Virus record (IMG/VR): IMGVR_UViG_3300030294_000020
DNA: 21,541 nucleotides
From: an uncultured virus (IMG/VR IMGVR_UViG_3300030294_000020)
Lineage: Duplodnaviria; Heunggongvirae; Uroviricota; Caudoviricetes
Reading direction: 5' to 3' (one strand)
In this document: one piece after another, positions 1 to 5,654 of the stretch
Layout of the letters: each line of letters begins with the position of its first letter
Numbering within the stretch: position 1 is the first letter of the stretch
Notes under the pieces: model-generated
Databases searched by the model: none
Told to the model about the DNA's origin: nothing
The model's input: only the letters and a program-made list of their open reading frames with translations
Translations under genes and position numbers: made by a program

Positions 1-1
1 T

Positions 2-169
2 TTAACTTATTGCATACTCCACTAATGATCTAACATAATTATCGGTACTAATATTTCCAAGTTCATGCAATTTGTTCAAACATGCTATTGCATTATTTGT
101 CTCTTCTTCTGTAATTGGATTTTCTTTTTTACCGTTAATCCATATTTCATAGTGTTCATTGTCATTCAT
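2..169 (-). CDS. Hypothetical 55-aa cassette protein, paralog of 447..692 (not in ORF track)
   Basis: Hand translation: MNDNEHYEIWINGKKENPITEEETNNAIACLNKLHELGNISTDNYVRSLVEYAIS*. SD GAAAGAGG and the promoter motif at 185-211 lie upstream. Confidence 0.8.
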   Translation of the reverse strand: MNDNEHYEIWINGKKENPITEEETNNAIACLNKLHELGNISTDNYVRSLVEYAIS

Positions 170-184
170 TATAATTAACCCTCT

Positions 185-211
185 TTCATTATAGGAGGTG
201 TTTTTAGTGCG
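185..211 (-). promoter_or_regulatory. Representative copy of the repeated 27-bp promoter-like motif (19 copies in 185-5611)
   Basis: Minus strand reads CGCAC-TAAAAACA-CCTCC-TATAAT-GAA. Every copy keeps the same spacing and lies directly upstream of an SD/ATG (or the ncRNA unit). There is no conserved TTGACA. Confidence 0.8.
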
Positions 212-227
212 TACTTAGAATCTTAGA

Positions 228-258
228 AGACAAAGAAAAAGCCTAAGCTAATTCCTCT
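228..258 (-). terminator. Representative copy of the repeated intrinsic terminator (class A, 16 copies)
   Basis: RNA: purine-rich arm-AGC[UUAG]GCUUUUUCUUUGUCU, a short stem with a 4-nt loop then a U-rich tail, at the 3' end of each ORF. Compensatory changes are seen in the copies at about 972-1000, 3727-3746 and 3970-4000. Confidence 0.75.
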
Positions 259-383
259 GATTGTGATGCCTTTATCAAATAATCTTGTTCTTCGTTAAAG
301 CATGATAATGAACAATGATTCAGTTCTGTATTTTCTGATTCAAATTCTTTACCACACCAAGTACAAATATTTTTATATTTCAT
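243..383 (-). CDS. 46-aa putative zinc-binding (CxxC-x13-CxxxC) protein (not in ORF track)
   Basis: MKYKNICTWCGKEFESENTELNHCSLSCFNEEQDYLIKASQSEELA*. SD AAGGAG; the stop TAG sits in the terminator loop. Confidence 0.8.
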   Translation of the reverse strand: MKYKNICTWCGKEFESENTELNHCSLSCFNEEQDYLIKASQSEELA

Positions 384-446
384 AATAATCTCCTTCTTTC
401 ATTATAGGGAGTGTTTTAAATACGAGACAAAGAAAAAGCCTAAGCT

Positions 447-692
447 TTAACTTTTTAAGTCTTCAATTGTTAATTTAAATCCTGAATCATTAAGTATTTT
501 ACATAATAATTGTGTATAGTTTTCTTTAGTAACCTCTCCTATTGCATATAGTTCTTTTAAACATTCTACTGAATTTGCATTTCTTGCAATTACATTAGCA
601 TTATTTAAATGTCTATCTATCTCAATAAGTGACCTTGCTCCTTTAATCCATAACTCATCATGTAAACCATTAGTTAATTTTTCATCGTACAT
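447..692 (-). CDS. Hypothetical 81-aa cassette protein
   Basis: ORF track; SD AAGGAG; flanked by the promoter motif and terminator; similar to 2..169. Confidence 0.85.
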   Translation of the reverse strand: MYDEKLTNGLHDELWIKGARSLIEIDRHLNNANVIARNANSVECLKELYAIGEVTKENYTQLLCKILNDSGFKLTIEDLKS

Positions 693-757
693 AATAATCT
701 CCTTCTTTCATTATAGGAGATGTTTTCTACGCGATTAAGACAAAGAAAAAGCCTAAG

Positions 758-898
758 CTAATTCCATAAAGTTCCATTTATTTTTTGCATCATTAATTCT
801 GATTGTTGTTCCTTTGTAAGTTTATTCCATAATCTATCACGATTTCTTGCGTGTAGTATTTTTCTATAACTTTTCATTGTATTTATCAATTTTCTCAT
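758..898 (-). CDS. Hypothetical basic 46-aa cassette protein (start revised to MRKLIN)
   Basis: SD AGGAGTG lies just upstream of ATG 898. The track start at 958 is upstream of the promoter motif. Confidence 0.75.
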   Translation of the reverse strand: MRKLINTMKSYRKILHARNRDRLWNKLTKEQQSELMMQKINGTLWN

Positions 899-998
899 AA
901 TAATCACTCCTAATAATTTTATTTCATTAAAGAGTGTGTTTTCTACGCGTACTACCATTTTGAATCGTTTAGGACAAAAAGAAAGCCTAAGCTCTCTT

Positions 999-1256
999 CT
1001 ATAGTAATGTTCTAAATCCTTCGTAATTCATCTCTTCAAATTTATGCTTTTCTTTAAAGTAATCAAACCTCTCACCCGTTCCTTTACAACATAAGACATA
1101 TATCGGTTGTATCTTAAATCCATCTGAACTTTTGATTATATCTGACTCTCTCAAATCATATATCTCAAAGCCTTCTTTCTTAAGTAAATCTTTAATACTT
1201 ACTGCTGCTTCTTCTGTATGGTTAGTTATAACCCTAAATTTCATTTTTTCAAACAT
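999..1256 (-). CDS. Hypothetical 85-aa cassette protein
   Basis: ORF track; SD AGGAGG; cassette context. Confidence 0.85.
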   Translation of the reverse strand: MFEKMKFRVITNHTEEAAVSIKDLLKKEGFEIYDLRESDIIKSSDGFKIQPIYVLCCKGTGERFDYFKEKHKFEEMNYEGFRTLL

Positions 1257-1343
1257 ATTAATTCCTCCTATAATAAAACATTATTTTCATTATAGTATGT
1301 GTTTTTAATGCGTACTTAGAATTTTATAAGACAAAGAAAAAGC

Positions 1344-1601
1344 CTAAGCTTCTTCCTCTTTAATAATTTCAGATTTCTTATTGTTCTTTAAAAATGCCTT
1401 TGCAGACGTTTCTAACTCTAGTTTTCCACTACGAGCAATCTCGACAATGATATCAATTTCATTTTCATCTAAGTCTAATGATTTTAACCATTCGTTAAAT
1501 TCACTATACCCAAACCTCCAATTAATTTTACCATTCATTCTTACCCAACTCATAATATATCTAGATGCATGTGTACCTCTAATAATTACATTTTCAAACA
1601 T
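1344..1601 (-). CDS. Hypothetical 85-aa cassette protein ending ...EEEA
   Basis: ORF track; SD AGGAGGT; stop in terminator loop. Confidence 0.85.
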   Translation of the reverse strand: MFENVIIRGTHASRYIMSWVRMNGKINWRFGYSEFNEWLKSLDLDENEIDIIVEIARSGKLELETSAKAFLKNNKKSEIIKEEEA

Positions 1602-1682
1602 AATAATACCTCCTAATTTTTTATTTCATTATAAGGTATGTTTTATACGCGTACTTAGAAGCTTATAAGACAAAGAAAAAGC

Positions 1683-2015
1683 CTAAGCCCTTTCTATAAT
1701 TGTAAATCCTTCATCTAAGGCATCTTGTTTTGAATAACCGTCTGCTAAAGCATCTGAATAGATAGCACAATACGTATCATCCGCAAATACTGGTAATCCA
1801 TTGTTGTACATTAAATTCTCGTTATTACATTTTTGCTTCCACTCCTTAGCCCATTCTGGTAGAACTTCAATGTTTGTTACATCATGAATTTCTACTTTTT
1901 CTGGCTTTAAAATGCTAGCAATAATTATACCTCCGACAATCAAACCACCTGCAATAATTTCCAATCTACGTTTTACGTAAAATTCTTTTATTTTCTGCTT
2001 TGTTTCAATTTTCAT
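1683..2015 (-). CDS. 110-aa protein with N-terminal membrane anchor
   Basis: Basic N-terminus then hydrophobic IIAGGLIVGGIIIASIL; SD AAGGA; cassette context. Confidence 0.85.
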   Translation of the reverse strand: MKIETKQKIKEFYVKRRLEIIAGGLIVGGIIIASILKPEKVEIHDVTNIEVLPEWAKEWKQKCNNENLMYNNGLPVFADDTYCAIYSDALADGYSKQDALDEGFTIIERA

Positions 2016-2101
2016 AATAATTTCCTTCTTTCAAATTTATTCTTCTATTATATAGTATGTTATTTATGCGTACTTAGAATCTTTTAAGACAAAGAAAAAG
2101 C

Positions 2102-2272
2102 CTAAGCTCTTTTCTTTTTATAATTATCTATAACTTTTTGTAGTTTATTACTAAATTTAACACATCCTTTTCTACCGCTAATTACATATATCATTGATAA
2201 TACAATACTTGTTAGTACGTATCCAATGTTGTATGTAATTTTATCGATTAGATTAGAAACATTATTATTCAT
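2102..2272 (-). CDS. 56-aa single-TM membrane protein (not in ORF track)
   Basis: MNNNVSNLIDKITYNIGYVLTSIVLSMIYVISGRKGCVKFSNKLQKVIDNYKKKRA*. SD AGGAGG; stop in terminator loop. Confidence 0.8.
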   Translation of the reverse strand: MNNNVSNLIDKITYNIGYVLTSIVLSMIYVISGRKGCVKFSNKLQKVIDNYKKKRA

Positions 2273-2362
2273 AATAATTCCTCCTAAAATTTTATTTAAT
2301 TCTTCTATTATATGAAGTGTTTTTAACGCGTACTTAGAATTTTAGAAGACAAAAGAAAAAGC

Positions 2363-2692
2363 CTAAGCTTCCTCTATGCCATTCAATTTTCGTATAGTAT
2401 CAAATTCCATTCCACTATCTTTCATCTCTTGCATATAAGATTCTGTGCATAATTCTTTCCATAAAATATCTCCATTTTCTGGATCTATAAAATGCATTTC
2501 AAGGCCTTTTTCCGAATCAAAATCAGTTCCTGGATTTGAAATCATTCCAGTAGCATCTTTATCAATACTTTGTTTATTAGCAATAATTGTTGTTATAACA
2601 ACCACCGTTAATATTCCCGTACTGGCAATAATAATACTTTTCTTCTCTTTCATCCATTTTTTAATTTTATCGGTCTTATCTTTAATACTCAT
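2363..2692 (-). CDS. 109-aa protein with N-terminal membrane anchor
   Basis: Basic N-terminus then IIIASTGILTVVVITTIIA; acidic C-terminal part ending IEEA; leader identical to that of 1683..2015. Confidence 0.85.
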   Translation of the reverse strand: MSIKDKTDKIKKWMKEKKSIIIASTGILTVVVITTIIANKQSIDKDATGMISNPGTDFDSEKGLEMHFIDPENGDILWKELCTESYMQEMKDSGMEFDTIRKLNGIEEA

Positions 2693-2802
2693 TTATATTC
2701 CTTCTTTCAAATTTATTCTTCTATTATATAGTATGTTATTTATGCGATTTATAGAACAAAAGAAAAAGCCTAAGCTCTTTCCTTAATAATTTGTTAAAGT
2801 TA

Positions 2803-3021
2803 TTAGCCTAATAAATGTTTAATACTTGACTCATTGATTTGCATAATCTCACCAATTTCAGCATTTGACAATCCTTTTCCCTTTAGCTCTTTTGCTTTCT
2901 TATAAAGTTCCTTCCTCAAATCTTCTTTATCTTTAGCATTTTTAGCTCTTAATTCTAGTACTGTCATACCTACTCTTTTAGCGATTTCTTTCTCACTTAC
3001 GTCACTCTTAAACCTAATCAT
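2803..3021 (-). CDS. 72-aa helix-turn-helix DNA-binding protein (two HTH-like segments)
   Basis: SEKEIAKRVGMTVLELR and GLSNAEIGEIMQINESSIKHLL both fit HTH patterns; SD GAAAGAGG. Confidence 0.75.
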   Translation of the reverse strand: MIRFKSDVSEKEIAKRVGMTVLELRAKNAKDKEDLRKELYKKAKELKGKGLSNAEIGEIMQINESSIKHLLG

Positions 3022-3094
3022 TAATAAAACCCTCTTTCAAATTTATTTCATTAAAGGGTGTGTTTTATGTGCGAATAAAAGACAAAGAAAAAGC

Positions 3095-3406
3095 CTAAGC
3101 TTTATCCTCTTTAATTTTCTTGGATTTATTTTTTATAATTATATGCCTTAAATAACTCCCAATACAAACAAGTCCTAATGTTATACCACTAACTAATAAT
3201 ATTTCCTTTCGTGCTTCAACTGCTCCTGCATTAACAAAATAACTAAGTCTATAATCAAGATTTTTATTCAAATCTTCCCTATTGTCGTCTGTTACATTAT
3301 CACTGCATAACATGTCTAAAGCATCAAATAATAAATATGTTCGTTCGTGTTTTCCATCAATTTCTTCCTGCCTAATATTTTTTATTACTCTATCTGCTGT
3401 ATTCAT
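3095..3406 (-). CDS. 103-aa protein with C-terminal TM segment
   Basis: ILLVSGITLGLVCIGSYL followed by a basic tail; SD AAGGAGG; stop in terminator loop. Confidence 0.85.
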   Translation of the reverse strand: MNTADRVIKNIRQEEIDGKHERTYLLFDALDMLCSDNVTDDNREDLNKNLDYRLSYFVNAGAVEARKEILLVSGITLGLVCIGSYLRHIIIKNKSKKIKEDKA

Positions 3407-3504
3407 AATAATTCCTCCTTAAAATTTATTTCATTAAAGGGTGTGTTTTTTATGCGTACTACCATTTTGAATCTTTTGAGACAAAAGAAAAAGCCTAAGC
3501 TTCT

Positions 3505-3681
3505 TCATTCAAAGTCGTCATCCATTATTATAATATCCTCAATAGCCTCATCATTAGAATGCAAATCAAGTTCGTCTAAAAATCTTTGAACAATCATAAG
3601 TTCATCGTCCGTAAAATTTTCAGTAGGCCAACTAAATCCTTCTCTATTATATCTTGCTGTTACATAAAATATTTTCTTCAT
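3505..3681 (-). CDS. 58-aa highly acidic protein (start revised to MKKIFY)
   Basis: SD GAAGGAG upstream of ATG 3681; 16 of 58 residues are D/E. The track start at 3762 crosses a terminator and the promoter motif. Confidence 0.8.
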   Translation of the reverse strand: MKKIFYVTARYNREGFSWPTENFTDDELMIVQRFLDELDLHSNDEAIEDIIIMDDDFE

Positions 3682-3758
3682 AATTAACATCTCCTTCATT
3701 ATAGAGGGTGTTATATACGCGACAAAAAGAAAGCCTAGGCTTTCTTCTATAAAGTTTC

Positions 3759-3914
3759 TCAATTTTGTTGGACTTCTTTAATTCTTTTAACTAAACTTGT
3801 GAATCCTAGCATTGGCACTTTAGATAATATTATTGCTCCTTCAATTACGATAGGTGCAACGGATATTACTATAGCTACTCCCACTAAGTTGTTCAACAAT
3901 GATTTAATTTTCAT
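3759..3914 (-). CDS. 51-aa hydrophobic/membrane peptide (not in ORF track)
   Basis: MKIKSLLNNLVGVAIVISVAPIVIEGAIILSKVPMLGFTSLVKRIKEVQQN*. SD AAGGAG; cassette context. Confidence 0.75.
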   Translation of the reverse strand: MKIKSLLNNLVGVAIVISVAPIVIEGAIILSKVPMLGFTSLVKRIKEVQQN

Positions 3915-3991
3915 AATTAACATCTCCTTAAAATTTTAATTCTTTCATTATAGGGGATGTTTTATATGCGACAAAAGAAAGAGCCTAAGCT

Positions 3992-4252
3992 CTATCCTTT
4001 AAAAGTGTTTGATATTTTGTCAATCTCAATTGAACTATCATTAGATTTAACAGATAACATTGCCATCCCTCTTTTGTAGTATTGTATATTACCCCAACAT
4101 ATAAGTTTATCTAAGAGTTTATAAACGCCTTTTTTATATTTAATTCGTTCATGTGCTCTTTTTAACCTTTCTGCATGTGCAATATACATATCTGCTTTTT
4201 TAAGTTTGTCAATGGTATCTTGCTTTAAATCTGTATGTTGTTCATCCTTCAT
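3992..4252 (-). CDS. Hypothetical basic 86-aa cassette protein (start revised to MKDEQH)
   Basis: SD AAGGGGTG upstream of ATG 4252. The track start overlaps the promoter motif. Confidence 0.75.
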   Translation of the reverse strand: MKDEQHTDLKQDTIDKLKKADMYIAHAERLKRAHERIKYKKGVYKLLDKLICWGNIQYYKRGMAMLSVKSNDSSIEIDKISNTFKG

Positions 4253-4299
4253 TTCCCCAATCACCCCTTTCAATATATACTGTGTTTATTACGCGATAT

Positions 4300-4338
4300 G
4301 GAGAAAAAGAAAAGGACATGTATTTAAACACGTCCTTT
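4300..4338 (-). terminator. Intrinsic terminator, class B
   Basis: AAAGGACGUGU-loop-ACAUGUCCUUUUCUUUUUCUCC; the stop of 4324..4626 is in the loop. The tail matches those at about 5504 and 5614. Confidence 0.8.
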
Positions 4339-4626
4339 GATGATGAAGCCCAATGCTTTAGAACCAAGTACATGTGCATGTTCAAATCCCACTATCAATA
4401 AAATTCCAGCTAAACTACCTGCAATCTGCCATTTTGTATCAGCACTAGCTTTAGTTGTATCCTTTTCTTTGGATTTCCCCTCTTTTAGTTCTGTTATATT
4501 TTGGTTTATGCCATCGTATTTTGCCTTTTCTTCTATTGGATCTAGTGTCGATAATATTTCATGCAACCTCTCAATTTCCTTATCTGCAAGACTTCTTTTA
4601 TCTTTTGGTATCCATATTTTTTTCAT
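4324..4626 (-). CDS. 100-aa phage membrane protein (C-terminal hydrophobic segment)
   Basis: WQIAGSLAGILLIVGFEHAHVLGSKALGFII; SD AAAGGAG. Confidence 0.85.
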   Translation of the reverse strand: MKKIWIPKDKRSLADKEIERLHEILSTLDPIEEKAKYDGINQNITELKEGKSKEKDTTKASADTKWQIAGSLAGILLIVGFEHAHVLGSKALGFIIKGRV

Positions 4627-4697
4627 TATCCTTTTCTCCTTTCGAGATTTATCATCTCATTATACAGTGTGTTTCTAACGCGAGATAAAGAAAAAGC

Positions 4698-4875
4698 CTA
4701 AGCTTCCTCTAACATAATACTATCAATAACAGTTTGTATTGCATCTATTAACCCACCTACTTGTGAATCTTTTAACTCAAATAATTCAGGTATCTCTTCT
4801 TCGGTATCTACTAACAGTAGTTTAACTGCTAATTTTTCCATTTAATTTTTCACATATCCTTGAATTTAATTTCAT
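4698..4875 (-). pseudogene. Frameshifted paralog of 5240..5449
   Basis: The SD-led ATG 4875 gives MKLNSRICEKL then a premature stop. Homology continues in another frame from 4841: MEKLAVKLLLVDTEEEIPELFELKDSQVGGLIDAIQTVIDSIMLEEA*. Confidence 0.7.
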
Positions 4876-4957
4876 AATAAAACCTCCTCATAATATTCTT
4901 TCATTATAGAATATGTTTCTAACGCGAATTAGAATTTAAGAAGACAAAAGAAAAAGC

Positions 4958-5167
4958 CTAAGCTTCTTCTATTTTAATTTCTTTTAAAGCATTCATTATT
5001 TTTTGAATCTCTTGTTCATTTACCTCTTTTTCTATATAAGCCTGTCCTAACTTAGTAGATAAATCCTCAATCTGGTTTTTATAACATACGATTGTATGAT
5101 CTGTATCCTTAAGTTTATGACATTCATTATATAAGTCAATTGTTAATCTGAATATTTCTTCATTCAT
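4958..5167 (-). CDS. 69-aa coiled-coil cassette protein (start revised to MNEEIF)
   Basis: SD AAGGAGTG; heptad-like pattern; ends IEEA in terminator. Confidence 0.8.
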   Translation of the reverse strand: MNEEIFRLTIDLYNECHKLKDTDHTIVCYKNQIEDLSTKLGQAYIEKEVNEQEIQKIMNALKEIKIEEA

Positions 5168-5239
5168 AATAATCACTCCTTAAATTTCTTTCATTATATA
5201 GAGTGTTTTGTACGCGTACTAAGAAGTCAAAGAAAAAGC

Positions 5240-5449
5240 CTAAGCTTCTTCTATTCCAACATTACTCCGAATTTCTTTTATTATATCAGCTAGTTCATCT
5301 ATTTGTTTGTCTGACATATTTTGTATACCTGGTATATTAGTAACCTCATAATCCTCAACAGTTAATACTTCAACTGCTAATTTCTCTAGATCATTTTTTA
5401 CCGGATATTTTTTTAATGCTTCTTTGCATTCTTTCGATTCTAATTTCAT
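5240..5449 (-). CDS. 69-aa acidic cassette protein (start revised to MKLESK)
   Basis: SD AAGGAGG upstream of ATG 5449; ends IEEA in terminator. Confidence 0.85.
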   Translation of the reverse strand: MKLESKECKEALKKYPVKNDLEKLAVEVLTVEDYEVTNIPGIQNMSDKQIDELADIIKEIRSNVGIEEA

Positions 5450-5502
5450 AATAAAATCCTCCTTATAATATTCTTTCATTATATAGAATGTTTTTTACGC
5501 GA

Positions 5503-5587
5503 AGGAGAAAAAAGAAACAGTATGTTAATGTCTTTCGACGGATCTGGTTTAGCTTTCACTAATCCTAGCATCCCACTGTTTACTTCT
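5503..5587 (-). ncRNA. Candidate ~80-nt structured small RNA (three-way junction, two GAAA tetraloops)
   Basis: Sits between a promoter motif and a U-tract with no SD-led ORF. Pairings by eye: AGAAG.AAACAGUG/UACUGUUUCUUUU, GGAU..CU..GG..UUAGU[GAAA]GCUAA..CC.AG.AUCC, and GUC[GAAA]GAC. Confidence 0.6.
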
Positions 5588-5611
5588 ATTAAGGGGTATG
5601 TTTTCTACGCG

Positions 5612-5654
5612 AAGGAGAAAAAGAAAGGACATGCTTATCTTTCATCCTTTCTTT
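5612..5654 (-). terminator. Class B hairpin terminator downstream of the lysis module / empty cassette
   Basis: AAAGAAAGGAUG-loop-UGUCCUUUCUUUUUCUCC, a 12-bp stem plus U-tract, about 60 nt after the holin stop. Confidence 0.7.

Noticed and set aside
1381..4688. Plus-strand ORFs 1381..1668, 2445..2786, 3347..3589, 4337..4678 and 4455..4688
   Set aside because: Antisense shadows of SD-led minus-strand cassette genes. Several cross junction motifs, and their shared QKKKPKL ends are just the translated repeat.
243..5449. TAG stop-codon reassignment, suggested by many TAG stops inside the repeat
   Set aside because: The long genes (TMP, Tal) are uninterrupted in the standard code and TMP itself ends in TAG. 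Read-through would run into the terminator and promoter.
1344..5449. Shared C-terminal EEA as a degradation or targeting tag
   Set aside because: More simply explained by the purine-rich 5' arm of the hairpin. Seven class-A ORFs stop earlier and lack it.
758..5479. ORF-track starts at 958, 3762, 4273, 5176 and 5479
   Set aside because: They lie in or upstream of the promoter or SD elements. Downstream ATGs with properly spaced SDs (898, 3681, 4252, 5167, 5449) are preferred.
5479..5571. 30-codon ORF MLGLVKAKPDPSKD... in the RNA cassette; also a tRNA reading of this unit
   Set aside because: The ORF has no properly spaced SD and runs through the U-tract and next promoter. The fold has no D-, anticodon- or T-arm cloverleaf and no TTC motif.
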